A stretch of 64,000 nucleotides of DNA from Vicugna vicugna (Eukaryota), in NCBI GenBank assembly GCA_013265495.1, contig MU058769.1, forward strand, positions 520,477 to 584,476, in the 5' to 3' direction. Below, one piece after another: positions 13,611 through 28,668 of the stretch; the stretch's first letter is position 1; every line of letters starts with the position of its first letter. The position numbers were made by a program, and so were the translations under genes. Below the pieces are notes generated by a model that saw nothing but the letters and a program-made list of their open reading frames with translations, ran no database searches and had not been told where the DNA came from.

Positions 13611-14289
13611 AGGCCAGAGGCCTGTGTCCCTGGAAGCCCACAAAGTACCTAAGCCCTATTTCATTCAACCCAGTGAGGAGTACCCCTAACTCGTCATTCT
13701 GTTTTATAACTCTATCGTGTGCAGATCACATCGCTAAATCTGCCTTCCTGATATCTTACACAGATTTCTACGCAAAAGCTCTTCTAGTTTCTTTAGAGCT
13801 CCTTCACCTCAGGGTTTTGGCATTAGAGATGTGTGGTGGTTTGATTAGGGTTGGGAGGCATGGCCAGAAGATAATGTCCTTCCCCTTTTCACCAGAAACC
13901 TTGGTGCTGAAAAACTGCCTGCATGATGAATTTTTCTCCCAGTAAATGCTTGTTCTCCATTATGCTAGTTGCCTTTCCCTACAGGCCCTCAAGCCATCCC
14001 CAGATGTGTCTGATCTTTAAGTGAGCTGAGTGGGTTCACACTGAGAGCCTTGCCACACCAACAGGTCACTCTCCAACTCTGAGTCAGAGAATCAAAGAGC
14101 ATAATTCAAAGCACATACTAGTACTTATTGCTGTAATGGCTTTCTTGTTCTGTCTGTAATCTTACCAAAATTGAAAGTGGAATACCTTCTGAAAGAAGTT
14201 GAATTCCTTTCTGCCGTTCATCCTTCTTAACCCCTATATAGTTGTAGCTTTCAAACAAAATGCAATGGCCTGTTAACAAAGCTTTCTAT

Positions 14290-14850
14290 TTCTACTCTGG
14301 GCTCCTGGCTATCTGTTCTCCCAGAGAATCATGAATGATCTTTTTAATATGTAAATCAGATCACTAAGCTTCCTTGCTCAACCAGCTTCCTCCCACCAAT
14401 GGCTTCCCATCCTCCCAAGTAAGATTTACAGAGCCCAACAGAATCTAGCCCCTGCTTATTCTTCAACATACCAAACCACACACTTCCCGCAGGTCCTTTG
14501 TATTCATTGTTCCTCCTCCCCAGAACACTGGTCTTCCATCAGGAAATGCTGATTCTGCCTCCTTTCAAGTAACAGTTCATCTGTCACTAAGAAGAGGTCT
14601 TCTCTGAACACCTAATTTGAAGTATCCCCTTCTGCCTTACTCTCAATCACATCACCACACCTATTTTCTTCATAGCACTAATTTGTGCACTATAATCTTA
14701 TTTATTTGAAAACTGTCTATCTTCTCAAACAAGAATATAAGCTCCTTGAGGGCAGAAATCTTTTGTGTCTTGTTCATACCTGTACCTCCAATGCCAAATA
14801 GTGTCTAATACATAACAAGCACTGTAACAGTTTTATAATTGTTTGAATCA
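14290..14850 (+). mobile_element. L2 3' remnant
   Basis: agaatataagctccttgagggcagaaatctt..tgtcttgttca is a typical L2 3' end. Confidence 0.65.
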
Positions 14851-16397
14851 TTTACAAAGCTAAGTACTACTTCTAATGTAGTTAGGTTTTTAAAAACTGA
14901 TTTCTACAGCCAGTAAGATGGCCTGTGTTCCCTTCTTCATTCTAACAATCTGCCTTGTATTCTCAGAAAGTCCCCTTCCTTTCTCTGAAGATAAAAGTTG
15001 CACTCAGAAAACAGGATGGCAACACTGTTCTCTGGGTCTGTGGGGTTCCAGAACCAATGTCCTCAGGCAGCATGAATAAAAATCTGGCTACTAGCATTGC
15101 ACTTATATGTGACCAGAACAACTAGGCTAATCTGACCCAAACACCTGTGAGAGAATTATATTTGATAAGAGTTCTACGAAACACTCCCAATACCTGAAAG
15201 ATAACCTCATAGGAATACGAAGATTTAGTTCAGTCATCTGAGTAGTGGCACATTCTATAAAGCCTTAATAATGATCTTATCCCCAGAAAAACAAATACTT
15301 TGTCCTAGCCTTCTAATCAGCTGCATTTAGCAACTAACATTCATCTTTTGCAATAAAATGCCACCTCTGAGTTTCTATTCCTATCAAACTATCACTGGTT
15401 TGGGCAAAAAGATAAACAGTAACTATAGTTAACAAATCTACTTGTGTGGGACCCAAGACAATTAATTAAACTTACTGAGAGGAGCAGAATAGACTCTAGT
15501 CACCTGGAGACAAGTTTTAAAGATTCTAACAACTGTAATACTTGGGCACACCAAAATGGCTCTAATCTGAAAAACAGCCTCATGTCACTTCCAATGGAGC
15601 ATCTATACTGAAACTGACCTTCTCCCTCCAAAATAAATAATGTTTCAAGTCAGCTGAATCTTGAACAATGACCCTGACTTTTCTCTAAAATAAGGGCTAT
15701 GACAGCTACCTCAACGAGAGGCCCAACAAACTCGGGGCAAAGGGCTCATTGGTGCTGACATTGTCACTTCATCTACGACTTCAGCTGATTCACCCTGATG
15801 GGCTGACAGGTCACTGATATCAGCGCCTTGCCCACGATTCTTATTTATTTCACATATAAAAACTATCTGCTCAAGACAAATGCAAGCCAGACACCTTCTC
15901 CTGATAGGGAGCCTTTCCCTTTCTGACTTCATTGAGCACTTTGGGGGAAAAAGTTGTCATTCCAGGCCTACATTAGTAACTCTAGAAGGACTGGGAACAG
16001 AGCCCATAAAAAGACCAGAATGTTAACCTCAGCAATTACAAAAAAAGATTAAAAAAAAAAATCAAAATCACCCAGAGAAGAAACTAATCTCTTCAGCATT
16101 AACAAATTGGTATTATTAAGGTAATCTGAAAAAGAGTCACAAAGTCAAGACCCAAGAATATCTGGTCCTTGGCCATACCAGTAAATCAGAGAAGACATCT
16201 TTTAACCAAGTAAGCTTTGTTCTAACAAACTCAAAAAGAAAGATAAGACAAGGAAATTAAAAAAAAACAAACCCACAAACTATCCACTTCACTCAAAGGA
16301 AGGGAGGGAGGGAAGAAAAAAGAGAGAAAGCAAGAGAAACAAGGAGAGACAAAGAAGGAGAAAGAGAGAAAGAGGAACAAGGAAGAGCAATGCCCAG

Positions 16398-16870
16398 TGT
16401 TACAGATTAAACATGGCCACAAATTATTTGCAGCCAATTCCCATCAAGAAGTGGAACTCATTTTCCCATCCCTTGAATCTGAGTTGGCTTTGTGACTTGC
16501 TCTGACCAGTAAAATGCAACATGAATGACACTGTGCCATTTCTAAGCCCAGGCCTTGAGAGAACTTGCAACTTCTACTCTCACCCTCTTGGAACCTTGCA
16601 AGTAAGCCAAGATAACCTGCAGTAAGAACCATAGCACCCTGGATGACAGCTCCAGCTCAATACTGGAGAGAGGCTATCCAGGTCCAACCAGCCCCTAGCC
16701 AACCTGCCAACTAACCACTAACACATGAGTGAGTTCCGCAGATACCATGTGGAATACAGGCAAGCTGTGCCAGATGATCTCTGCCCAAATTGCCAGCCCA
16801 CTTAATAAAAAGCAAATAGTTATTTTAAGTCACTAAGATTTGGGGTAGTTTGGTCCACAGCAATAGAAAA
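16398..16870 (+). mobile_element. MaLR LTR (MLT1-type)
   Basis: tgttacagattaaacatggccacaaatt...ttttaagtcactaagatttggggtagtt...cagcaatag. Confidence 0.7.
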
Positions 16871-17099
16871 AGAGAAAAACCTACAATCAAAAAATACCAA
16901 TAGTGACCCTCTCAAAACCAGCTTGTGCCATCGTGTAAGGAAACTGGAATCTCTAAAGAACAATATATAGGCTTACTCTCCATTGATAAAACGTATACCA
17001 GAGAATCTCAGCAAAATGCTCAGATTCATCAATTTGTTCCTGCATCCATCCCATGTGTAAACAAACACCTGGAGAAGATACATGCAAATATATGTATAC

Positions 17100-17720
17100 C
17101 ACAAAGGACTTATATGCAAAATATACAAACAATTCTGCAAATCAATAAGACAAACAACCCACTTTTTTAATGGGCAAGAGTTGAACAGGCACTTCACAAG
17201 AGGATACTTAAAAGGTCAATATGCATAAGAAAAGATATTCCACATCAGTGGTCATCAGGAAAATGCAAATTAAAACCACAAAAAGACATCACTACACTCC
17301 CAACAGACTAGTTAAAGTGAAAAGGACTGACAATACTAAATGCAGTCAAAGATATAGCACAACCAGAACTCTCATACATTGGCTGGTAAGAGAATAAATT
17401 AATACAACCACTTTGCAAAAGTGGTAGTACTTAAACATACATTCATCCCATGAACTAGCAATTCCACTCCTGGGTATATAACCTATAGAAGTGAGTGCTT
17501 ACACAGTTCAAAACCGGAAACAACGCAATGGAAAACTTATGGTATAGTCAGACAATGGGATATTACATAGTACCGATAAAGAACAAATCATTGCCATACG
17601 CAGCTACATTCACGAATCTCAAAGACAACGCTGAGCAAAAAAAAAGAGACACAAAAGAGTCTATTAATACAAAATTTAAAACAGATAAAACTAACCTATG
17701 GAAATGAGAACACTGATTAT
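17100..17720 (+). mobile_element. Old L1 3' fragment
   Basis: catcaggaaaatgcaaattaaaaccaca...agcaattccactcctgggtata. Confidence 0.7.
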
Positions 17721-18294
17721 CTTTAGAAGTCATTTTTGCAAAAGAGATGCTAGAGCATTTTTGGTGTTTCCAGAGAAAACTGCCTATACAAGAGTATTTG
17801 AGGGGGCAGCTTATAACTGACATGACAATGGAAGCAGCTGATTGTGCACCTGCCCATCCAGCCAAACAGATGCTGCTAGGCCTACTTCTACTTTAGGAAG
17901 GACATGCTCTAACTCTTGCACTGGTCTGTACAACCTGGACTTCTGTGGCTCCATTACCAAGTAAGTGCTCTAGTTTAGGACCTCATCATTTTCCACTGGC
18001 CCCCTTACCACAAGACAAACTGTGATAAGGATGATCTTTGAAAACTAGAAATGTGGTGGCATCACCCACACACACCTCTACCAGACACACACACCCCTCC
18101 CTAAAATCCTTCAAAGATTCCCCACTGCCTATTGGATAAATTCTGTACTCCTTAGCAGGGTACTTAAGTTCCTTTATGAACTAGTCCTTGACTACCTTTT
18201 CCCTCTCTCTCCATATATCCTAAGTTCCATAACATATTAATTATACTTGACCTAGAAAGCTATGCTTTTTCTCACCTCAGTATCTCTGGGTATA

Positions 18295-18499
18295 CAGTTA
18301 ACCCTTGAACAATTAGGAGGTTAGGGGCACCAAACCTCCCCATAGTTGAAAATCTGAGTATAACTTATAGTCAGTCCTTAGTATCCACGGTTCCTCTGGT
18401 ATCTAGGATTCCACATCCACAGATTCAACCAACCACAGATCGTGTAATACTATAGTATTTACTATTGAAAAAAAATCCATGTTGTTCAAGGTTCACCTG
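18295..18499. mobile_element. Tigger2/MER8-like MITE (TcMar-Tigger)
   Basis: TIRs CAGTTAACCCTTGAACAA ... TTGTTCAAGGTTCACCTG, flanked by TA on both sides. Confidence 0.8.
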
Positions 18500-18523
18500 T
18501 ATAATGCATCCTCTAACTAGAAC

Positions 18524-19540
18524 AGCAGTTCTCAAAGTGTGGTCTCAGGAAGTCTAAAAGTGAAACTGTTTTCATAATAACATGTTATTTTCATAACAAC
18601 ACTAAGATGTTATTTGCCTTTTTCACAATGGTGACAAAAGCAATGTAGGTATAACTGTTAGTGTCTTAGTATAAATCAAGGCAGGGGTATCAAACTGTAA
18701 TGTCATATTCTCCACCACTCCACATCTGCAGTTTAAAGAAGAAAAGATAAATTTTACCTAAGAATGTCCTTGATAAAACAGTAAAAATTAGTAATTTTAT
18801 TAAATTTCCAACTTTGAATATTTTAAGTGACAAAATGGGAAGTAAGTATAAAGCAAGCACTTCACTGCATATCAAAGTACAATTGTCTTGAGGAAAAGCA
18901 CCTGAGCTGCAAGCTGAAATAGCTGCTTTTTCATGGAATACTATTATTTCTTGAGAAACCAACTGACAGGCAAACTGATTTTTCAGACTTGAATATGTGG
19001 TAATATTTTTCTCAAAAATGAACAGAGTGAGCCTGTTATTTCAAAGAAAACAAATAACAGTATTCGTTAACAATGATAAAATTCAAACTTTTAAGCTAAA
19101 ATCAGAATTTTGAAAACACGTATCTGTTATGCGCTAGACAGCTTCTCAATTCTTTAAGACTTACTGGTGAAATGGTGATATTAATGAATGTGATTTTTTT
19201 TAACTGCATAATGAACTGTGTTAAACATTTGGAAGATCTGGAAAACTCAGTGAACCAAAATTTTCCAACTGACCAAATCATGCTGTTTCAAAATCAGACA
19301 CACGTTCAATGTACAAGATAGACAAATGAATTTTAATATCACTAAGTAGAAAAGTTCAGTAATATGGTTTCAGATTCTACACTACAACTAACCTTCAAGA
19401 AACCACCACTTGTTGAGTTTTGGTATAATATCAGAGAATATCCATAGTTACCTGAGGAAAATGTTAAAATACTCCTCTTTTTCGTCTACATATCTCTGAG
19501 TCTAGACTTTTTTCATATACTTCAACCAAAATTACATAGA
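18524..19540 (+). mobile_element. Charlie1-type hAT DNA transposon remnant with degraded transposase sequence
   Basis: 5' cagcagttctcaaagtgtggtc and actaagatgttatttgcctttttcac; no intact ORF. Confidence 0.75.
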
Positions 19541-22500
19541 TATGCAAATGGTATTGGTATTATGTTTTTAAAGGTCCTTATTTTTTTAGGGATATATACT
19601 AAAATACTGCAGGATGAAATAACGTCAGATTTGCTTCAAAATAATCAGGAAAAGGAGTAGACATGAAACAAGACTGGCTATAAGCTAATAAATGTATATG
19701 GAGGTTCATTTTACTATTTTGCTGCTTTCAAATGTTCAAAGTTTTCCACAATAAAGTACTTAAAAAAACAAATCTCAAAAAAGGAAAAAAAATATATTTG
19801 AAATATAGCCACTGAAATGAATTTTATACATTAATCTTATTGAAGCCCAGTTTAATTCTCTCCTCATCCTTACCTTTCTATATTGATTCCTCTTTTCTTT
19901 TTTTTTTGCATTTATTTGTACCACACAATTAGACACAACTAAAGTCTACTGCATTCTGTCTATACTACAGAATATAACTCATTATATTTACTATTGTTTT
20001 GCTCATTAATTGTTCATGTTTTATCTCCACAGCTAGTCAGTAAGGTCTTTTAATACCCCAAAAAAATCTTAATCCCATAGCCCTAGAATGGTGCTAAGCC
20101 TTCTAATGGTCCCACGTACCTTATCTGACACTCAAGTATCTCTGAAAAACCCGGGGACTTATAGAAAAATGTAATATTCTTCTTGTCACTGCAAGGGCTA
20201 AAATACTGTGCTGAAATTTATTTTTACTCTAGTAAAAGATATAATATTGCCTTATTCAAATTTAACAGGGGTTCCACTTATAGCATCAAAATGCTAAGTC
20301 TCCAACAAGTTAGGGCAAGCTAGTTAGGGCTAGTAATAAGCACAAACTTTTCCTCCCAGAGTTCAAATGGGAACTTGAGTATCTAGACTCTTTCAGAGAA
20401 ACAAAATTATACATTACTAGATTTGAATAGAAATTGTATTATCTAAGTGATTGATTAAATATGCTAAAGTTACTTAAGAAAAACTTCAGCTGTAATATAA
20501 AGAGAGTTTACTTCCCAAAAAGTCACAAAGTCCAGGAAAAAAAGAACTCACCACCTAACTGAAGGCCAAGAACACTGGAGAACAAGTCTATTAGAGTACT
20601 TACAAGCTTTAAGAGTTTGATTTCTGGTCCCTTTATTCTTTTAAAAAATGTTTTTAAATTATTTTTTCTCTAAACATAAAAGAAATCCATAATCTTTAAA
20701 AATAGAGAAAAGCAAAAAAAAAAAAAAAAACCATCCCACTACCTCCTTCATAACATTTTGTCTCACTACAGTAGTCCTTTGAGGGCAGCTCACGTCCCCA
20801 GTGAACATAAATGCCTCTCTTCTACAATTCATCTATGAAAGCCCTAACAGGAGGGAGGTGGGGGTGGAAAGCACATGGGGCTTAACTCAATGAGAGTAAT
20901 TATATAGATTTGTTTTTCTATTTTTTTACATTTCACTATTTGTATAAATCCAGGGTCAGAAAAAAAAAACATGCATTCCATTTCCATGGAATTTTTTTGG
21001 TGTATAATAATTTGGGGTGCATTTTTCCTGTGTCCTTAAAATTTCTTACTATAGCAGCAACAAAGTCTTACATTTCTAATTGCCCAATCAGGTAGTAAAC
21101 ACAACATATTCACTCTCTATGTAAAATCTTACTCTATTTTAATGTATATTTAGTTACTCAAAGTACCATTCCTTTTATTTGCTATTTGTTATGCTGAGTT
21201 CCTACCCAACTCCATCAACAGATCTTCATATTTTGTGTACAGTTAAATGTGCACTAAAAACTAAGTTCCTTCTCAAAATATCCTATACTAGTCTGAATCC
21301 GCACATATGCAAAACAACTCCAGTGTCATAAAATTCGCCCACAAGTACCCAGCTGTAATGTTCACCTGATCTCTAACTTAGACGTGCTGCCTTATCCATC
21401 CAGGTAAAGTATAAGAACTATATTTCTCAAGCATAATTTGAGAAGACACTGGAGAAAGAAGAGTGGATAGCCTCCAGTAATTCACTTAGGAAGGGATAAA
21501 AATTATCCCTTTAACCACCCAGAGCCTAGGCTTACTAACAAGTTTTCAGCACTCAAAATTCTCACAACAGTTTTGACTTTTCACTGGACTCTGTGTCTTA
21601 ATTAAGTAGTCTGGGTGACAGTACAAAAAATTAATTTGAAGCTACCTTTCTTCTTCCTTACTCTGAAGTCAGATATTGTCTGTCTTCACTATTAAAATCC
21701 CCAGAGATTTCAATTCTGCAGAAGCTCTGCATGGTTCTAAATTTAGCCAAGTAATAGAAATAGTTGGAAGGCATGCGATTCATTTTAATATCTGCACTTT
21801 CATGTTGCCAGGCAGCTAATTTTTAAAGTTATCTTAGATCAGTCATCCACATAAAAGAATATATAAGCCATATAATCAATTGATAGGTAATTGTGTTAAT
21901 TAAATTATCTACAACATCTAGAAACAACCAACATTGCCCCTCAAAAAATATAGTCTGTATTTCTTCCACAGGGATAATAGGCAGGATTTTAAATATTGCA
22001 ACAAAACATGTTAATTGCAGATTACTTTCCTTATCACTTATTTATGTTTCCACATCAAAGGAACATATACATAGATTTAAAGAGTTTCACCTTCAGTACC
22101 AAATATGCAAAGTGTTTTTGTAGAAGGAACTGACACATCTCATTTAACATAGAGTCCCAGAGCAGGACATTCTCAAGTTGTACTGTAAGTGACTGGGGTG
22201 CACCAGATCCCAATTCTAAGGCTAATTCTATTTTGGATTTTCTAAAACATCAGACCTCACAAGGAACCATAAAACCACAGTAATTTCCAGCATTACTGTT
22301 CAATACAATAAACACCCTAACTTCATGTCAGCTTCCTAGACTGCATTTACAGACCAATGTGTAAAAGGCATGCAGATGAATACAAGATGCAGGTTCAAAG
22401 CACAAAGTATGAAAGACCTAGTTTAGAAGCTTCCCTATCTAAGGAGATTTTAATTCAGAGAGCAGAAAATAACAATGAGGGAAACAACTCTTAAGTGACT

Positions 22501-22839
22501 ACACCACAGGAAGAAAAAGCCTGTATCACACAAAAGGAAGCAGGATAGGAATGCTTATTTTCACCTTCACGGGTCACCTGCAAGTTAGGGGAAGAACCAA
22601 TACAATGCCAGCTTTCTGCACAATACCCCATCTCCCATGGCAAGTCATCAAAGCTGCCTATAACTCACTTCATTGTAAGAAATAATTCAATTTAGACACT
22701 GTATTACTTCTGGGAAGTACTTCTGTGAAGACACAGAAGAGTCTTAGATCTGGAATCCACTCTATTTTTTTGTACTGGAAATAACGGATCCCATAAAGAT
22801 AGTAAAGGATAGATAATAAAGATTGAGAGCAGTTCCCCT

Positions 22840-24160
22840 TTAAGGAACCATTCCCCATTAAAGAAATCAGGGTTCCTTGGAGAAATGATTGATTCCAGGT
22901 TTGGGGCAATTACAAAGTGAGCCCAAAATTACTTTGTGCCAGACTGTAAGAAAGTCCTGGGGTGGGGGGGAGTCCTAAAAAATCTGACTGGGACAAGTCA
23001 AAAAGACACAGGAGTCAGTCTGAAGGGGCTCCCATTAACTAAACTTATGACAGTTGCTGTATGTTTAATACTAAATATTGTCAAAAATACTAAATACTGT
23101 CAGTATTTTTAATATTGATGATGGATTGTAACATAACTGAATTTTTAAAAAATACCAAATCTATAGTGATCCTCAAAAACAAAAAAATGGGAGAAATAAA
23201 GCTCTTCTTCATAGGACACCAACTAGTAAATGCAGAAGGAATGACAGAATCAACATTTTGCAACCACCAATATAATAACTAATTCAGGCAAGGATCATCA
23301 ATGAATGTTAACACTGCTGGGTAAAACACTGAGGAAAAGAGTTGCAGAATCTTAAGTATCATCCCACAGGTTGTTACTTAATTACAAAGGGAAAAAGGTA
23401 CCTTTACAAAGAAGAAATGTAGCCTATGTCAACTTACCTAAGTGATCAAACTTAACTGATAATGGGACGAAGTGACATAATGTGCACAGAGAAACGCACA
23501 TCACCTAAGTAGTATTCTTGCCAAAAATGTTTGATCTGAATCTAATCATGACAAATTCAAAATTGTAAAACATTCTTCAACATAACTGGCCTGAACTCTT
23601 CAAAAATATCAATGACACTAAAAACAAAAATGGAGAGAACTGCTCTGAATTAAAAGGCTAAAAAGACATAATTAAATGTAATTCATGATCCTTGAATAAA
23701 TCTAGGGTTGGAAGGAAAGCTTTAAAGCAGTATCTCAATTATTGAGATAACTGAGGAAATCTGAGTATATACTATAAATTATTGTATCACTATAAAATAT
23801 TTTAAATGTGGTAATGAGTTTGATAATAGTATTATGGTAATAAAGGACAATATCTTGTTCTTTGGCAATATATGCTTAAGAAATTTTGAGTGAAGTTTCC
23901 TGATGTCTGTCATTTCCCAATACAAATTTCCTAATAAAAATTCCTAACATACAATAAAAAATAATGTGTGTGTGTATAGGGAAGGAAGGGAGAAAGAGAA
24001 GTAGAAAGTGACAGAGGAAGGGAGGGAAGAGAGGGAGAGAGAGGAAGGGGATGAAGAAAGTGTGAGAGCACAAATGTGACAAAATATTTGATAAATATTA
24101 GGTAAAAGTCATACTATATCACTCTTTCAACTTCTCTATACGTTTGGAACTCTTCCACAT
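22840..24160 (+). mobile_element. Old L1 (L1MC/ME-like) 3'UTR remnant
   Basis: ttaaagaaatcagggttccttggagaaatg...gtgatcaaacttaac...gtattatggt. Confidence 0.55.
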
Positions 24161-24339
24161 AAAAACACTGGAGTGAAAAAGAACAAGCATCAACATTAAC
24201 CCAAGCTCTTAGGTATTCAGTGTAAATTCTGCTGTGTCCTAAAAAATTCCAGGTGATGGTTACAGGTGCACACTTCAGCATGAAACTGTGTTGTGTTCCA
24301 CCTGCACGATGATGGACAAACAACCCAACCTAACCTTTC

Positions 24340-24699
24340 TGCAATGGTCTGAATGTGTGTGCCCTCTCAAAATTCATGTTAAATCCTAACTCCCAAACAT
24401 GATGGTATTAAGAAGTGAGGTCTTTGGGGTGATTAATTAGGTCATGAGGGCAGAGCCCTCACGAATGGGTTTAGTGTCGTATTAAAACATGTTCCAGAAA
24501 GATCCTTAGCTCCTTCCACTATGTGAGGACACAGTAAGATGCCAGTTATTAACCAGGAAGAGGGCCCTTAGCAGAATCAAACTGTGCTGGTACCTTGATC
24601 CTGGGCTTCTCAGCCTCTAGAACTGTGAGAAATAAATTTCTGCTGATAAATCACCCAGTCTGTGGTATTCCGTTATAGCAGTCTGAACAGATTAAGACA
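24340..24699 (+). mobile_element. MaLR solo LTR (MLT1A/B-like)
   Basis: TG...CA ends; tggtctgaatgtgtgtgcc...cagcctctagaactgtgagaaataaatttc...ttatagcag...taagaca. Confidence 0.85.
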
Positions 24700-25962
24700 C
24701 TCCCTAAACCTCAACTGTGAAACAGGGATAATACAGTACTACTCCATGGGGATTATCCTTCTGAGGATCAAATTATCTAATATGTGCTAATAATATATTT
24801 CTGTGACATCACATTCTTTGTTCACTTAACTACTCTGTAAGTATGTGGGGCAACTGGACCATTTTCAGTCTTTCCATATCTTGGCAACTAGCTTATAAGC
24901 TAAATCATTTTATTAAATTTTGTGAATTGCCAAATATATCCAAATTCAAATAAAAGAAATGAAGTGCATTCCATCTAAAGACCAGCAACAATAAATCCAC
25001 AATTGGCAGCTAACTCTGAAGTACCTGTGAAATGGTAGAAGCAGCAGCTTCTCACAACTTTAACATTTGCTCCTTCCTCAAAACACTAGTGGGTGATATA
25101 TCAAGAACAGACACAGGCTGCCTTGGTCCCAAAAAATGTCGGTCTTTACATTAAAATCCAATGTCATCAGGCCAGAAGTGCCTCTTAAATTTTGGTATTT
25201 CCTGAGGCTTCATCTCAGCTCTTACCACTCTGTAGTCCCATTCTCTATCATACTGAAACCCCTTCATGCACAGAGTACTCCAAAATCGAAACACCCCTGC
25301 CTCTCTACAGAGCTCCAGATTCATTTGGACAACTATCTGCTATACATTTCCAAAAGTGAACTTTCTGCCAACATTCCTCTAAGCCCAAACCTGCCCCCAC
25401 TGTTTTAGTGATATAACTGACATATAATATTAGCTACAGGTATACAACATAATGATTCAATATATGTATATTTTATTGTGAAATAATCAAAATTAAGTCT
25501 AATTAACATTCAACACCAGACATATTTATAATTATTTTCCTTGCAATAAGAACTTTAAAGATCTTCTCTGTTAGCAACTTTCAAACATACAATACAGTAT
25601 TAACTACAACCATCATGCTGTATTATTACAACTCCAGAACTTTTAAAATACATATTTTAATATATTATATATTTAACATATATTTTTAAGTATATTATAT
25701 ACATACATATATAATAATATGTACCCTTTTGTCCACCTTCACCCATTTTGCCTATCCCCCACCTCCTGCCTCTGGCAACCACCAACCTGTTCTCTGTAGC
25801 TGATGAATTTGGTTTTTCTTTTTTTCTAGAGTCTATATAATAAGTGATTTCATACAGTACTTACTTGTCTTTCTCAGACTGATCTCCCTTAACATAATGC
25901 CCTCAAGGTTCATCTATATTGTTGCAAATAGTGTTTCCTTCTTTTTCACCACTGCATAATAT

Positions 25963-25964
<2 letters not shown>

Positions 25965-25994
<30 letters not shown>
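25965..25994. repeat. (GT)15 microsatellite
   Basis: Read directly from the sequence. Confidence 0.95.
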
Positions 25995-25996
<2 letters not shown>

Positions 25997-26280
25997 CCAC
26001 ATTTTCTCTACCTACTGGACAGTTAGGTTGTTTCCATGTCTTAACTATTGGGACTACTGATGCAATGAACATCAGGGTGCAGATATCTTTTCAAGAAAAT
26101 GATTTCACTTTTTTCATATACTCAGAAGTGGGATTGCTGAGTCACATGGCAGTTCTATTTTTAATTTCCTGAGGAATCTCCACACTGCTTTCCACAGTGG
26201 CTATCCCAATTTACATTCTCACCAACAGTGCCACTAGGATTCTCTTTTCTCCACATTGTCCCCAACACTTTTCATCTGGC

Positions 26281-26550
26281 TTTTTTTTTTAATTGAAGTA
26301 TAGTCAGTTTACAATGTCATGTCAATTTCTGGTGCACAGCACAATTTTTCAGTCACACATGAACACACATATATTCATTTTCATATTCTTTTTCACCATG
26401 AGCTACTACAAGATATTGAATATATTTCCCTGGGCTATGTAGTATAAATCTGTTTATTTATTTTATATATACCAGTCAGTATCTGCAAATCTTGAACTCT
26501 CAGTTTATCCCTTCCCACCCTCCTCCCCACTGGCAACCAACCACAAGTCT
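26281..26550 (-). mobile_element. Young L1 3' end nested in the older L1
   Basis: Poly(T) followed by aattgaagtatagtcagtttacaatg; reverse complement matches the copy at 37280-37539. Confidence 0.8.
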
Positions 26551-28668
26551 ATCTCTTGTCTTTCTGATAATAGCCATTTTAAAGGTGTAAGCTAATATCT
26601 CACCGAGGGTTTGATCTGTAGATCCCTGATGATTAGCTATGTTGAGCACCACCCTTCCATGTACCTGTTGCCATCTGTACGTCTTCTCTGGAAAACTGTC
26701 TATTCAATTCTTTTGCCCATTTTTTAATCAGACTCTTTTTTCTACTAAGTTGCACGAGTTCTTTATATATTTGCAGTATTAACCCTTTCTAAATACATGA
26801 TTTTTTGGAAGTATAGTTGATGTACAATATTATGTAAGTTACAGGTGAACCATGTAGTGATTCACATTTTAAAGGCTATATTCCATTTATACTTACTATA
26901 AAATATTGGCTATATCCCCTGCATTGTGCAACATGTTCTTATAGTTTATTTTATACATAATAGTTTGTAACTCTTTCAAATATGACTGGTAAATACTTTC
27001 CCCCATACAGTAGGCTGAGTTTTCATTTTGTTGATGGCTTCCCTTGATGTGCAGCTTTTTAGTATGACGTAGTCCCACTGATTTTTACTTTTATTGCCTT
27101 TGCTTTTGGTGTCAAATCCAAAAAAACCATCCCCAAGACAGATGTCAAGGAGCTTACTGCCTATGTTTCCATCTACAGGTTTTATGTTTTCTGGTCTTCT
27201 GTTCAAGGTTTTAATCCATTTTGAGTTATTTTTTGCATATGGTGCAATATAGTACCCCAGTTTCATTCTTTTGCATGTGGCTGTCCAGTTTTCCCAGTAC
27301 CATTTAATAAAGAGACCATCCTTTGCCCACTGTACAGTCTTGGCCCCTTTATCATACATTGACATATGTGCATAGGTTTATTTCTGGGCTGTCTATTCTC
27401 TTCCATTAATCTATGTCTGTTTTCAATGCCAATATCATACTGTTTTGATCACTACAGCTTAGTAATACAGTTTGAGATCAGGATGTATGATACCTTCACT
27501 TTTGTTCCTTTCTCAAGATTTCTTTGGCTATTTGGCATCTTTGGTGGTTCCACACAAATTTTAGGATTGTTTGTTCTCTGTGAAAAATGTCACTGGAATT
27601 TTGATAGGGATTGCACTGAACCTATAGATTGCTCTGGGTAGTATGGACATTTTAACAATATTAATTCTTCCAATCCATGAGCAGAGACTACCTTTTCATT
27701 TATCTGTAACTTCTTCAACTTCTTTCACCAATGTCATAGTTTTCATCAATGTCATATATAGTTTCACCTCCTTATTTAAATTTATTCCTAAGTATTTAAT
27801 TCTTTTTGCTGCAATTAAAAATGGGATTGTTTTTTAAATTTCTCTGACAGTTATTAGTGTATAGAAATGCAACTAATTTTTGTATACTGATTTTGTATTC
27901 TGTACTTTACTGAATTCATTAGTTTTAACAGTTTTTTGGTGTAGTGTCTAGTCTTCTACAAATGTCATCTGCAAATAGTGAGTTTTACTTCTTTCTGATC
28001 TGAATGCCTCTTACTTCTTTTTTTGCCCAAGCGCACTGGTTAAGATTACCAATACTATGTTGAATAAAAGTGGTGAGGAAAAGCTCTCAGCTTCAGTTGT
28101 GTGTAACACATTAGCTATGGGTTTGTAATATACGGCTTTTATGATGTTAAGGTGCATTCCCTCCATATGCACTTTGTCCAGTTTGTATCATAAATGGATG
28201 CTGAATTCTGTCAAATGCTTTTTCTGCACCATTGAGATGATCGTATGTTTTTTATCCTTCATTTTGTTTACGTGGTGTACCACAGTACAGTGACTGATCT
28301 GCAGATGTTGAACCGTGCTTGCATCCCTGGAATAAATTCCACTTGATTATGCTGTATGATCCTTTCAATGTATTGTTGAATTCAGTTTGCTATTTTGTTG
28401 AGGATTTTTGCATCAATATTCATCAAGGATATTGGCCTTTAATTTTCTTTCTTGTAGTGTCCTTGTCTGGTTTTGGTACCAGGGTTATATTGGCCTCATA
28501 AAATGAGTTTGAAAGTTTTTCCTCCTCTTCTGTATTTTGGAAGAGTTGGAGAAGGATCAGTATTAATTCTTCTTTAACTGTTTGGTAGAATTCACCAGTG
28601 AAGACATCTAGTCCTGGACTTTTGTTTGTTGGGAAGTTTCTGGTTACTGATTCAAACTCTTACTAGTA

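Noticed and set aside
26976..27365. 129-aa ORF (also 29067-29270, 6390-6671, 5257-5478)
   Set aside because: Fragments of dead L1 ORF2/ORF1 with flanking stops and frameshifts.
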